A stretch of 64,000 nt of DNA from an uncultured cyanobacterium (GTDB lineage: Bacteria; Cyanobacteriota; Cyanobacteriia; Cyanobacteriales; Nostocaceae), in NCBI GenBank assembly GCA_963740315.1, contig CAVUDP010000002.1, positions 3,232,001 through 3,296,000 on the forward strand, written 5' to 3'. Both the position numbers and the translations under genes were made by a program. Under the pieces are notes generated by a model. The model made no database searches. It was not told the DNA's origin and worked only from the letters and a program-made list of their open reading frames with translations. This document shows, piece after piece, positions 48,253-58,206 of the stretch (position 1 is the first letter of the stretch; the number at the start of each line of letters is the position of its first letter).

Positions 48253-48999
48253 TTAAGAAGGCATATCAAATAAAACAGTTGTCATATAATGTTCAGCCCA
48301 CTCGGAACCAAAAGCTTTTTCTAAAACGCGACGAGTTTTATCGTTTTGCTGTTGTTTAGTACAGTAATTTAATTGCCCTTCAAGCAGTTTACTTGCTGAT
48401 AACGATGAAACGGGTTTTGCAGCAACAGCATTTTGACAATGAACTTCTAAAAAATTCTCAACTCGTGAAAGAAACATTTGTTCTTCTTCAGGAGAGCCAG
48501 GGCGTACAAAAATGCAAAACTCAGAAAAAATGTCTCCCCATTCAGGTAATTCACGAGGTTGGGAGAAATTGAGTTCGGGTAACGCACCAAGTTGGGTATT
48601 ATAGCTAGATGGTAAAGTACCCTTCGTACCATTCATATTAAGCGGAGACAAATCGGCGATCGCAGCACTAATTTGACCTCTACCTCCCACCAAATCGCAA
48701 CCAAACATCGGTAAGTCATATTCTGGATTCGGAAACATGACGCAATGCAAAATATCCAACATTGAACCAACTTTCGCCAGTTCCATATGCAGCTTGCGGA
48801 ATTGAGGAGTTTGATAACAGCTATTTTCAATAGTAAGTTTTTCACCTTCTAACTTACCTTCCACATATCCTAATTCCGCAGGTAAATGATAAGGAGATAA
48901 ATCTAAATGCCGATGCCAAACTGTTTCGATGCGATCGGCTAACTGGCGAATCAGGGGATGTTGTTGCTCGCGTAGTGAAGAATTAGAAGCTACTGACAT
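48253..48999 (-). CDS. pcyA: Phycocyanobilin:ferredoxin oxidoreductase
   Basis: FRKLHMELA, LDILHCVMFP, PMFGCDLV, AAIADLSP, QQQNDKTRRVLEKAFG. Confidence 0.97.
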   Translation of the reverse strand: MSVASNSSLREQQHPLIRQLADRIETVWHRHLDLSPYHLPAELGYVEGKLEGEKLTIENSCYQTPQFRKLHMELAKVGSMLDILHCVMFPNPEYDLPMFGCDLVGGRGQISAAIADLSPLNMNGTKGTLPSSYNTQLGALPELNFSQPRELPEWGDIFSEFCIFVRPGSPEEEQMFLSRVENFLEVHCQNAVAAKPVSSLSASKLLEGQLNYCTKQQQNDKTRRVLEKAFGSEWAEHYMTTVLFDMPS

Positions 49000-49054
49000 T
49001 GCTTTAAACCAACGAATCTTATCTAATAGTCAGTTTACCGCTATTAGTTATGCT

Positions 49055-49483
49055 TCAAACTGTCCAATCTTCCATTGCTAACCCCGTCACTTTACCAAAA
49101 TCTCGATAATTACGAGTCAACAAGATTAATCCACAGGACAGCGCAATCGCTGCGATTCTAGCATCCATCTTTCCCAGTTGAATTCGTTGCGACTGTAATT
49201 GACTCAGTGCCGAAGCTGCACCCGCATCAAACGAGACGAGGGGTAACACCTTGAAGTCGCGGACGAGTCGCGTCATCATTTCATACCCCTTCACCATGTC
49301 ATTAAGGTTACGAGCGCGATTGATGTAAGTATGACAGCCAAGCATCTGTTCGTGAAATGTTATGGTTGATACGGCAAAATCTGATAGCGGGTAGTTAGCC
49401 ATGCGGGTTGAAAGGTTTATATAATCCTGCCCTGCTTGACGCTGAAGAATACTCAGATGGTCTGTATCTAACAAATATTTCAT
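49055..49483 (-). CDS. vapC: VapC-type PIN domain toxin
   Basis: YLLDTD, HEQ, MDARIAAIAL, LLTRNYRDF. 4-bp overlap with the upstream antitoxin. Confidence 0.9.
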   Translation of the reverse strand: MKYLLDTDHLSILQRQAGQDYINLSTRMANYPLSDFAVSTITFHEQMLGCHTYINRARNLNDMVKGYEMMTRLVRDFKVLPLVSFDAGAASALSQLQSQRIQLGKMDARIAAIALSCGLILLTRNYRDFGKVTGLAMEDWTV

Positions 49484-49695
49484 GACTCGTCTTGCGCTTC
49501 GAGGAGCGACTCATCACCTTGACGAATTGCTCGACCATAAGCAAGTACCTCATCAAAAGCAGGTTCATCCTTAAAAGATCCTGTAACTTGTTGCAGCCAA
49601 TTGCTTGGTTGAGGAGTCGCAATTTGCTTCTGCAATTGTGCGATCGCTGCTTCTACTGCTGCAAGTCGTTCCTCTAAAGAAGTGTTAGGTGCCAT
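49480..49695 (-). CDS. Putative antitoxin (VapB-like)
   Basis: 71 aa; LEERLAAVE coiled coil and WLQQVTGSFKDEPAFDEV; translationally coupled to the PIN toxin. Confidence 0.8.
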   Translation of the reverse strand: MAPNTSLEERLAAVEAAIAQLQKQIATPQPSNWLQQVTGSFKDEPAFDEVLAYGRAIRQGDESLLEAQDES

Positions 49696-49743
49696 TTTAT
49701 TTCCCCTTGATTAATTATTTCTATCTGGAGGATAACTTACCTT

Positions 49744-50712
49744 CTACATACCCCAACTCAATACACTCCAAATCTCAATATTTTGATTTTGATTGTAGCT
49801 TGCAAGCCATTTGCCATCCGGACTTAAAGCGATTCTCTCAACCTTTGCGGAGCTTTTACTTGATGTGCAAACTTCTTGATTACTTTTAACATCCCACACA
49901 ACAATTTTCATCTCACAATTGCAGTATGCCAACAGTTTTCCATCAATGCTCATTGTTGCTGGCAAATCTCCATCTAAAGAACATATCGCCTCGCCAGTAT
50001 ATACGTCCCAAAGCCGAATTTGTTCTGAAAACAAACCACAAGCAAGTAATTGTCCTGTGTGGCTTATTGAAAGATACTCAGCAAGCCCAATACTTGAACT
50101 GCTAAATGTACGAATCAGTTCACCTGTGCTTATATCCCACAGGTGATGAAAGCCTCTATTCAAGGTTTGACTTAATAAAACCTTACTATCTGGGCTGAGT
50201 ATGACAGATGAATTAGACGAAGAATGTTCCGAACTAAATTTTTGTGCTGGAAGCCTCGTAGCACCATATCCATCTGTGCTGATGGGTTCTGCGAGCAAGT
50301 TATAAACAGCGATTTCTTTTCCCAGTTGCGCCCCACAGGCAACAATTGGCTCATACAGACTCGCAGTAAGTGGGGTAACATTACTTTTGTGTTCCGGTAA
50401 ACTGCGAGGAGCGGCATCGAGAATCAGATCGAATTCATCCGTTACAAGATTTAATCTGAGAATCACATCCGCGTTGTAAACAGTTCCCAAAAGCCATTTT
50501 TCATAAGCACTAACGCTGACACAATCGTGTCTAAAATCAACTGTTTTGACCAAATCGCCTGTTGCTAAATCCCAAAACTTCACAGTTTCATACTGTTCTT
50601 TGCTAGAAGCCAAGCTATGGGCATTACTTATTAAATTTCTACTGTCTGCGCCGATCGCAAAATAATTAGGTTTTAACTCGCTCTTGCCAGAAATAGTGTG
50701 GGTGAGCTTCAT
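49744..50712 (-). CDS. WD40 repeat protein
   Basis: VKFWDLATG, HLWDISTG, IRLWDVYTG, VVWDVKS, LSPDGKWLAS. Confidence 0.88.
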   Translation of the reverse strand: MKLTHTISGKSELKPNYFAIGADSRNLISNAHSLASSKEQYETVKFWDLATGDLVKTVDFRHDCVSVSAYEKWLLGTVYNADVILRLNLVTDEFDLILDAAPRSLPEHKSNVTPLTASLYEPIVACGAQLGKEIAVYNLLAEPISTDGYGATRLPAQKFSSEHSSSNSSVILSPDSKVLLSQTLNRGFHHLWDISTGELIRTFSSSSIGLAEYLSISHTGQLLACGLFSEQIRLWDVYTGEAICSLDGDLPATMSIDGKLLAYCNCEMKIVVWDVKSNQEVCTSSKSSAKVERIALSPDGKWLASYNQNQNIEIWSVLSWGM

Positions 50713-50768
50713 ATTTAGATTTTATTCTAAGTCTTAGTAAGTAAATTTATGACACAGCTTTTTCGATA

Positions 50769-51431
50769 CTATGATGGTAAATCCTGCTCTCCATAAGCAT
50801 ATAAATCTAAATCTACTTCTGCTCCCAACGCTGCAATCCTACGAATTGTTGCTTTGTCGATATGCCATCCACCCATCCAACCTCGATATCCTTCGTAGCA
50901 GATGCGAAGGTAAATCTCACACTTATCCCCAAGAGCGGCGATCGTTGATTGTGCTGGTTCAAGACGATCGAGCAGGAAGTTTAGCTTGTTTTCCAAATTT
51001 CCCGGTACACCTTTCTGTGGCTCGAAGTACCAGCGATTTTCTTTAAATTTCACATTAGGGTTTCGAGGATTTCTTGATTCCCCCAGCAATTGCGTTCTCG
51101 TCGGGTTCAACTTTACCTTTTCAGTAATTGTGTTTGGATCAAGCGCAGTGCTAGCGATCGAGAGATACACCCTTATAGCCGCTTCAATATAAGCAGCTGA
51201 TGCAACAAGCTTTTCGCACTCTTGTTTAATGAAGACGACAAAATGGTAAGGCTCATCTTCAATTCCAAAATAAATATAATAAGCACCTGGATAGCTGTTC
51301 TCATCAACTAACAAAATTAAAGGATTTCCATCTTCAACTACAAGCTTATGCACAGCCAACACTTGCTCAGTAACCCCAAGTGTTGGATTCAAAACTTCAT
51401 AAATTGCCACTTGTGACGCTAAATCGTGCAA
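50769..51431 (-). CDS. DUF4279-like domain protein
   Basis: C-terminal LDPNTITEKVKLNPT...W...LLDRLEP...IRRIAALGAEVDLDLY pattern. GTG start; the start position is uncertain. Confidence 0.65.
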   Translation of the reverse strand: MHDLASQVAIYEVLNPTLGVTEQVLAVHKLVVEDGNPLILLVDENSYPGAYYIYFGIEDEPYHFVVFIKQECEKLVASAAYIEAAIRVYLSIASTALDPNTITEKVKLNPTRTQLLGESRNPRNPNVKFKENRWYFEPQKGVPGNLENKLNFLLDRLEPAQSTIAALGDKCEIYLRICYEGYRGWMGGWHIDKATIRRIAALGAEVDLDLYAYGEQDLPS

Positions 51432-51670
51432 TTTTCTTAAACCCTTACCTTAGAGTTGTAGCCGCATAACTATTTATTACACGTAAATTGTTCGTACAAT
51501 CTTTTTATAAATAACCTAAGTATGTAAAAACTACGATGATTTATCCGAGCGTACTCAACCGTGGTGATAAAGCTGTTCGCAGCCCTTTGGATTCATAATT
51601 TATGTACGTAATTAGCCTGCAACCATTGCTCCGGCTTGTCATAATAAAAGAATCCATTATTCGATAATAT

Positions 51671-51886
51671 ATGCAAGTCAAAGATTTAACGGTTGAAGAA
51701 CTTAAGCTTATAATCCAAGAAACCGTGGCGGAAACGCTTCATACTTTGTTAACCGATCCCGACGAGGGAAAAGAACTAAAACCAGAAGTAAAGCAACAAC
51801 TACTCGACTCTCTCAAGAGAACCCAGGCTGGAGAGCGAGGAGTTTCAGCTTCTGAAGTGGCAAGAAAACTTGGACTGGCTTGGTGA
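51671..51886 (+). CDS. Putative antitoxin of a RelE-type pair
   Basis: 71 aa, MQVKDLTVEELK...DPDEGKELKPE...VSASEVARKLGL. Its TGA overlaps the ATG of the downstream relE remnant. Confidence 0.8.
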   Translation: MQVKDLTVEELKLIIQETVAETLHTLLTDPDEGKELKPEVKQQLLDSLKRTQAGERGVSASEVARKLGLAW

Positions 51887-52120
51887 TGGGCTATAACGTC
51901 TTCATTTACACAAACAGGCATTGATAGTTTGGAACAACTTTCACCAACTATTTAAGAGCGTATCCTGCGTAAAATTCGTTGGTTTTCCGAAAACTTTGCC
52001 GATTTGAGTAATCTTTTTAAACTCAGAGTTGGCGATTACCGAGTTATTTATTCCTTCGATGTCGAAACGCAACTTATCACAATTCATAAAGCTGGACATC
52101 GTAGAGATGTTTACGATTAG
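51886..52120 (+). pseudogene. RelE/ParE family toxin pseudogene
   Basis: MGYNV, then a +1 frameshift, then SFTQTGIDSLEQLSPTI*ERILRKIRWFSENFADLSNLFKLRVGDYRVIYSFDVETQLITIHKAGHRRDVYD*. RelE motifs LRVGDYRVIY and GHRRDVY are present. Confidence 0.85.
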
Positions 52121-52141
52121 AGGAAGTTGCCCATCTCCCGA

Positions 52142-52816
52142 TCAAACCGCCGCTTCCGATCCTTCAGCCTTAGCCTTCAACTTCTCAGGATCTATTGATT
52201 GCAATTCTCCACGATCGAGAGTCCAGCAACTATCGGCGATCGGTAATAAGTCTCCTGCATCGTGGGTAACTACTAACAAAGTCCAGTGTTCTTTTAATTT
52301 CGCTAATAAATTTACCAATTGACGACGCATTGACCAATCTAAACCTGCTGTAGGCTCATCTAATAATAATAAATTTGGCTGACGAATTAACTGTACTGCT
52401 AAAGCCAAACGTCTTTGCTGTCCACCACTTAAAGCGTAAGGTGGGGTTGAAAAAGATAAATGTTCTAATCCGACTTCGCTTAATGCGGTTCTAACTCGCT
52501 CTACCCCTAACTCTGGGTGTCCTAAACGTAATTCTTCTAAAATCGTCCCCCCGCAAAAATGACGCTCTGGGAATTGAAACACCAAACCGGCTAACTGCTG
52601 CATTTCTTCGCCTATCAATTCCCGCTCTCGCCAAAATAGCGAGCCAGATGTAGGTTCTGCTAATCCAGATAAAATTTCCAGCAGCGTACTTTTCCCTGAA
52701 CCACTTGGTCCGATAATTAGACCTAATTGTTGGGGGGCTAAATCTAAATTAATTGATTTGAGAATCGAATTCTGGCTAGCAGTTGGATGATAAACTATAT
52801 TTCTGAGATGGAGCAT
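52142..52816 (-). CDS. ABC transporter ATP-binding protein (ECF/CbiO-like)
   Basis: GPSGSGKS, VFQFPE, LSGGQQRR, LDEPTAGLD, VTHD. Confidence 0.9.
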   Translation of the reverse strand: MLHLRNIVYHPTASQNSILKSINLDLAPQQLGLIIGPSGSGKSTLLEILSGLAEPTSGSLFWRERELIGEEMQQLAGLVFQFPERHFCGGTILEELRLGHPELGVERVRTALSEVGLEHLSFSTPPYALSGGQQRRLALAVQLIRQPNLLLLDEPTAGLDWSMRRQLVNLLAKLKEHWTLLVVTHDAGDLLPIADSCWTLDRGELQSIDPEKLKAKAEGSEAAV

Positions 52817-53136
52817 TGGTTACGACTACTGAAAATCAGCCATTTATAAATTAACTACACAGGCGAGCTACAGACCTTCGTTCCGAAAAAATCACCTGTG
52901 CCACAACTTAAAAGATATTATTTACCGATACACCATTAAATAAGCGTCTTCACTTATTGTGGCAGACAAACAACCCTAATATTAATCATAAAAAAACCTG
53001 GGAACCCTCTTAAATCTACCCAGTCAAACTATTTATAAAATTTTTGCGTAAATCTACACGGGGTATGGGTGAGCTATTTACGTAATTATAAGTAAGATAT
53101 TGAACCCATTCAACAGTAATAATTCTGAGCTTTAAA

Positions 53137-54063
53137 ATGACTGAAAAATTTTCTGTTTTACGAGCTACTACCTCTAAAAAAATTGTACATTTTGCTAAAG
53201 CTGCTTTTACAACTTTAATAGCATTAAATGTATTGGCACCAGCTTTGGCAGCAGATCCCTTTCCTCGCAGCCAACCGCGCAATATTGGCGACAACACCGA
53301 AGCTGCATTTAAAGCAGTATTCGAGCAAGGTAACTATCAAGCAGGACAAAAGTACCTACAAAAGGCAATATCAAATGAGCCAAACGAACCTCTAGTTTAT
53401 GCTATGCAGGCATCGATCGCCTATACACAGGATGATTTAAGTACATTAGAATCTTACAGCACCAAAACTTTAGATACAGCAAAAAAGCTAATTCCATCAG
53501 ACCCATTGCGCGGTAATTTATACGCTGCCGTCGGTCACTTTTTAGAAGGAGCAGTAATTTTGACTCGCGAAGGTACCATGAGCGGTGCCCCAAAAGCACT
53601 AAGTCGCCTCGGAGAAGTTTACAAGCATTTAGACAAAGCCGAAGCCATTTCTCCAAAAGACCCAGAACTCAACTTAATCAAGGGTTACATGGATTTAATG
53701 TTGGCTGTAAATCTGCCCTTCGCCAATCCTCAACAAGCAATTCAAAGATTTGAACAAAATGCCGGACCTCAATATTTAGTAGATAGGGGTATAGCCATAG
53801 CCTACCGAGACTTAAAAGATTATCCCCAAGCCTTAACATACGCAAATCGCGCTCTAAAATTAGCACCCGAAAATCCAGAACTGTATTATCTCAAAGCCCA
53901 AATCCTCCGCGAACAAGCCAAAAAACAGAAAAACCCACAAACGATGCAACAAGCACTTACTAATTTTGACCAAGCATTAGCCAAAAAATCCCAACTACCC
54001 GCTAAATTAGTCAAACAAATAGAAGGCGAGCGTCAAAAAACAGTACAAAGTTTAGCTAAATAG
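53137..54063 (+). CDS. Exported TPR repeat protein (Sll0314/Alr1548-like)
   Basis: Signal peptide ending ALA-ADPF; DPLRGNLY; DPELNLIKGYMDL; TPR helices. Confidence 0.82.
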   Translation: MTEKFSVLRATTSKKIVHFAKAAFTTLIALNVLAPALAADPFPRSQPRNIGDNTEAAFKAVFEQGNYQAGQKYLQKAISNEPNEPLVYAMQASIAYTQDDLSTLESYSTKTLDTAKKLIPSDPLRGNLYAAVGHFLEGAVILTREGTMSGAPKALSRLGEVYKHLDKAEAISPKDPELNLIKGYMDLMLAVNLPFANPQQAIQRFEQNAGPQYLVDRGIAIAYRDLKDYPQALTYANRALKLAPENPELYYLKAQILREQAKKQKNPQTMQQALTNFDQALAKKSQLPAKLVKQIEGERQKTVQSLAK

Positions 54064-54281
54064 GGCATGGCGTATGGGAATAGGTTAAAGGTCAAAGGTT
54101 AAAGGTCAAAGGTAATATAGTTAAAAGCCTAAAATTCTGGTGGTTTTAACTGCTAACTCTTAACTCCTAACTCTTAACTTCCCCATCTCCCCATCCCCCC
54201 ATCTCCCCATCCCCCTGTCCCTTTCTCCCCTAGTTCTTCTAAAATGACTTTTGGTAGAACTAATCTGGATCTTGAAATCGA

Positions 54282-54734
54282 ATGAAGATAGAATTCCGCG
54301 AGATTAATCCTTTTGATGTCTGGATTTGGCTGAGGTTTAGCACGGTTCCTTCCGAGCGTGAAAAGCAGTTTGTAGAAGAACTTTTTAATTCCTGGTTTTA
54401 TTTAGGTAAATTAGGTGCTTTCAATGCCGAAAATCTCCAAGTGCAGGACACTGGACTTGACATTAGCTATTTACATTACGACCAAGATGGTTATCAAAAT
54501 AGCTTGGTAGCCTTAATGCATAACATGGGCGAATTTGAGTACAACGGAGATTGGGGGAGGTGTTGGTTTGACTTAGGAACTTCGGATGCGATCGCACTCG
54601 ATATTCTTCTCAATGCTCTGACTCAGCTAGGTCAAGAATACGTCACCATCGATCAAGTATACGTAGGCGGCGAAAATACAGATTGGTCGATTGAAGATAG
54701 CGATAGTCGTCCTTCGTTTATTCACGATAACTAG
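54282..54734 (+). CDS. DUF3531 family protein
   Basis: FNSWFYLGKLGAFNAENLQ, MHNMGEFEY, WGRCWFDLGTSD. Confidence 0.85.
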   Translation: MKIEFREINPFDVWIWLRFSTVPSEREKQFVEELFNSWFYLGKLGAFNAENLQVQDTGLDISYLHYDQDGYQNSLVALMHNMGEFEYNGDWGRCWFDLGTSDAIALDILLNALTQLGQEYVTIDQVYVGGENTDWSIEDSDSRPSFIHDN

Positions 54735-54754
54735 GCAAAATATAGGAAAAATAA

Positions 54755-55189
54755 ATGCATAAAGAAGGTAAAATCCGAGTACTTGCCCTCGGACTAATTC
54801 GCGATCGCAACAATCGTACTTTTCTTTCCGAAGGTTACGATCCAGTCAAAGAAGATAAATTCTATCGTGCAATGGGCGGCGGGGTTGAATTTGGCGAAAC
54901 CAGCCTTGAAGCCCTTCAACGCGAATTTCAAGAAGAAATCCAAGCAGAAATAACCAACATTCGCTACCTAGCCTGTTTAGAAAACATATTTACCTTCCAA
55001 GGAAAACCAGGACACGAAATCATTCAACTTTACGAATGCGACTTTGTACACCCCAAATTTTACCAACAGAAACAAATCGCATTCAACGAAGGAGAACGAC
55101 AGAAAACAGCAGTTTGGGTAGACATCAATTCCTTGAAATCTGGCAACGTTAGGTTAGTCCCCGAAGGGTTTGTAGATTTTCTCGGATAG
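54755..55189 (+). CDS. NUDIX hydrolase
   Basis: GGGVEFGETSLEALQREFQEE Nudix box. Confidence 0.92.
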   Translation: MHKEGKIRVLALGLIRDRNNRTFLSEGYDPVKEDKFYRAMGGGVEFGETSLEALQREFQEEIQAEITNIRYLACLENIFTFQGKPGHEIIQLYECDFVHPKFYQQKQIAFNEGERQKTAVWVDINSLKSGNVRLVPEGFVDFLG

Positions 55190-55196
55190 TGCAAAT

Positions 55197-55320
55197 GGGG
55201 AGATGGGGAGATGGGGAGATGGGGGACAAGGGGACAAGGTGACAAGGGGAAGTTAGGAGTTAGGAATTAGGAGTTAGGAATTAGGAGTTAGGAATTAGGA
55301 GTTAGGAGTTAGGAGTTAAG
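55197..55320. repeat. STRR arrays (GGGGAGAT, GGGGACAA, GGAGTTA/GGAATTA)
   Basis: Directly visible tandem arrays. Confidence 0.9.
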
Positions 55321-55347
55321 AATTTAAAGCTTTTAACTATATTACCT

Positions 55348-55893
55348 TTAACCTGTTCCCATTGCCGTGGCAGTTAAAATCGTCCAACCATCAACCAAGA
55401 ACATCAACAGCGTAAAAAATAGCAAAATTAGATACATCCACGGTTGCGCTAAAGGGTAAACATCCGTAGTGTCAATGCCCGTTTTTTCTTGTACATTTCT
55501 TACCAGACGGGCAAATCCTGCTACACGCATCGGCAGCAAATAAGCTTTCTCGTCCTTGCTCACAAAATAGTAAACTATACCACCTTGTCCCGTAGTCCGT
55601 GGCTTTAACTGTTGTACATCCGCCCAGGGTAAACACCAGCCCTGACGGAAAAAACTTGGTACCCAAGCAGCATAAGCCACCTGAATCCCCTCTTCATTTA
55701 AAATTACCCGTTCGGTTAAAACCGCGTATAAAATAACAAAACCAATAGCAATACCTACCCAAAGTAATGCAGATGGTACGGGCGCATTTGTTACATCCGC
55801 CAGGAAAGGCAACGGTAACGTTAGCGCTACATACAAACTCAGAAGCGTAATCCTAATTAAAGGAGATAGCCGAAAAACAGAAGAAGTTTCCAT
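55348..55893 (-). CDS. Conserved cyanobacterial membrane protein
   Basis: Three TM segments; TTGQGG and LLPMRVAGF motifs. Confidence 0.8.
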   Translation of the reverse strand: METSSVFRLSPLIRITLLSLYVALTLPLPFLADVTNAPVPSALLWVGIAIGFVILYAVLTERVILNEEGIQVAYAAWVPSFFRQGWCLPWADVQQLKPRTTGQGGIVYYFVSKDEKAYLLPMRVAGFARLVRNVQEKTGIDTTDVYPLAQPWMYLILLFFTLLMFLVDGWTILTATAMGTG

Positions 55894-56114
55894 TGGAAAA
55901 TATCAATTAACAATTAACAACGATCGGTTACAAATTGAGCCTATTCTCCCAAAATTTTGACAATATCTGGGGAAAACACAAGACAAAACCCTCTCTAAAT
56001 TAAGCTTTTTGCTTCACAATAGATAATTCATGTACCGCACCTTCCAGATAAAAATCGATCGTTGATAATTGATAATTGATAACTGGTAACTGGTAACTGG
56101 TAACTGGTAACTGA

Positions 56115-56576
56115 TTAAGGTAAATATTTTTGTACTACACTCCAACCACTCAGCGAAACCCATACAAATACAAGAAATAGAGCAATATTCGTACTAACGT
56201 GAATGCGTCTAGCCCAAACCCAACCAGTACGAATTGAAATCGCACTTCCAGCAGATACCAAAACTAATGCTACCGTAATTAACCCGGCACCTAAGTGTTG
56301 CGAATGTCCTAAAGATCCATATTCGCCTAAAGTACCGACAATACCAATTGCGAGCAGCAGTATCACTAAACTAACCATAGTGATACCCATTACATAGTGG
56401 AGTATGCGTAGTCCGCCATAACCTCCCGGCAACAGCGAGATAAAGTTAAGATTTTCAGATGTTCGAGTACGAAACATCCAAATACCCGTTACCGCCAACA
56501 TTAAATAAGCAAGTAACGACAACCCCATTGACCACGCCGCGATTTTCCACAACCAAATAAATGAAGGTAAATCCAT
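56115..56576 (-). CDS. DUF4079-like membrane protein
   Basis: Start moved to MDLPSFIWLWKIAAWSMG because the upstream extension is STRR-encoded. 4 TM helices with conserved His residues. Confidence 0.8.
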   Translation of the reverse strand: MDLPSFIWLWKIAAWSMGLSLLAYLMLAVTGIWMFRTRTSENLNFISLLPGGYGGLRILHYVMGITMVSLVILLLAIGIVGTLGEYGSLGHSQHLGAGLITVALVLVSAGSAISIRTGWVWARRIHVSTNIALFLVFVWVSLSGWSVVQKYLP

Positions 56577-56606
56577 ATCTAGGATTGTAGATTGCTTTGA
56601 GACATA

Positions 56607-56967
56607 TGGGGAGATGGGGAGAGAGGGGGGAGATGGGGAGATGGGGAGATGGGGAGATGGGGAGATGGGGAGATGGGGAGATGGGGAGATGGGGAGATGG
56701 GGAGACAAGGAGAAAAAATTAAATTATTAACTTCTAACTCCTAATTCCTAACTGGTAACTCCTAACTCCTCACTCCTAACTCCTAACTCCTCACTCCTAA
56801 CTCCTAACTGGTAACTCCTAATTCCTAACTGGTAACTCCTAATTCCTAACTGGTAACTCCTAATTCCTAACTGGTAACTCCTAATTCCTAACTGGTAACT
56901 CCTAATTCCTAACTGGTAACTCCTAATTCCTAACTGGTAACTCCTAATTCCTAACTGGTAACTCCTA
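56607..56967. repeat. STRR arrays: (GGGGAGAT)n, then a 21-bp higher-order tandem repeat
   Basis: ACTGGTAACTCCTAATTCCTA occurs 7 times plus a partial unit at 56807-56967. Confidence 0.95.
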
Positions 56968-56976
56968 ACTACTCAT

Positions 56977-57007
56977 AAAAAAGGGTTGCAATTTAAGAAT
57001 GCAACCC
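56977..57007 (-). terminator. Rho-independent terminator of the DUF1830 gene
   Basis: GGGTTGCA..TGCAACCC stem followed by T6 on the minus strand. Confidence 0.75.
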
Positions 57008-57092
57008 AAAAATAGAGAAAAAAATTTTGAATCAATAAATGTTTTCGCCAACGATTGTAAATGGTTTTGTTGTATACTCCGGTTTTTTTTAA

Positions 57093-57431
57093 TTAAATTG
57101 AGGACACAAGAGAATTTTTATCGATGGAATCACGATTCTGATTCTTTGAATTTACTTCTAAACCAGAACCATTTGCTTCGTCAATTGCAAGGCGATCGCA
57201 CGGAATTGTATCCGATAAAATTGCACTTGCCATCATCCCCGTATGAATCTCTAATTGAGCCGATTCTGGTGCTTCAAAAACCAGTCTTTGTCCGGGAAAA
57301 ACTACCCGTTCAAAGTACCAATTAGAAATGTTGGAGATGCGAGCCACCTGTATTTTACTTGTAGCATTAACGTAGCAGCAGAGAGATTTTCCTGATTGCT
57401 CAGGAGGTAGGGGATCTAATATTTGAGCCAT
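57093..57431 (-). CDS. DUF1830 domain protein
   Basis: CCYVNATSKIQVARISNI..WYFERVVFPGQRLVFEAP..LEIHT. Start placed at MAQILDP. Confidence 0.88.
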   Translation of the reverse strand: MAQILDPLPPEQSGKSLCCYVNATSKIQVARISNISNWYFERVVFPGQRLVFEAPESAQLEIHTGMMASAILSDTIPCDRLAIDEANGSGLEVNSKNQNRDSIDKNSLVSSI

Positions 57432-57475
57432 AACTGCTGAGGAGCTTATCGCCACAATTGTATCTTACATTAACA

Positions 57476-57517
57476 AAATTAGCACTGACGATCCCCAACT
57501 GCTGTAACTCTCAATAC
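57476..57517 (-). promoter_or_regulatory. Putative NtcA-activated promoter of the DUF1830 gene
   Basis: GTAACTCTCAATAC (GTA-N8-TAC, 57504-57517), 22-nt spacer, then TAATTT on the minus strand (57481-57476). Confidence 0.65.
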
Positions 57518-58206
57518 CAACTGGGTATTTGTATGCTCTTTAAATCTTAAGATATGTTCCACATATGAAATTTTTGTAAAAATTTACTCGTTTATTGCAA
57601 TTATGCATTAAGCATTAATTTAATAAATATTTTTATAGCATTTATAGAATTACGTAATGCACTTCGATCGGTTTTAGACTCGAAATATATCGAATATTTA
57701 CTTTACACTCAGATTCATCCACGATCTGTTAATTGTCTTTAACATAAAAGCGTCACAAATTAATAATTGATAATTAGACTAATAGTGAAGACAAGGTTAA
57801 AGGTTAAAGGTCTGCATGTTTTTGGTCAAAGGATTTTAGATTGTCCCCTTGTCTCCTTGTCCCCCTGTCTCCCCCGAACCCCCGAACCCCATCCCCCAAC
57901 TCCCCATTCCTCATATCATTAGTAGATTTAATAGGTTTGATGAAGGAAGTGGATGTTATCGTAAAGGTATATGAAGTTGATTTTCATAAAACTTTGCTAT
58001 GAACGTAATTGTTTAATCCTGCTCTTATAGGAGTTTTTACTTATCAACAAGCGCTTTGGGCGACAATCTCGTTTATTCATAACTGAGTAAAAACTCAAGT
58101 ACGATGATCGTAAAGGACAAAAATTAATTTAAATACCTAGTTTTAAAGCCGATATAATCGCTCTTTTTTCTTTGAAATCAGCAATATAAAAGTTGAAACA
58201 GCCACT

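Noticed and set aside
52029..52322. 97-aa plus-strand ORF
   Set aside because: It is out of frame with the RelE remnant and antisense to the ABC ATPase, so it is a shadow ORF like the other short ORFs nested within long genes.
56577..56708. PHLPISPS repeat N-terminus of the 197-aa ORF, and the similar ORFs 24870-25091, 37580-37840 and 55060-55245
   Set aside because: These are translations of STRR arrays, not credible proteins.
56807..56967. Possible CRISPR array
   Set aside because: The units are directly adjacent with no unique spacers, they are built from STRR heptamers, and no cas genes are present.
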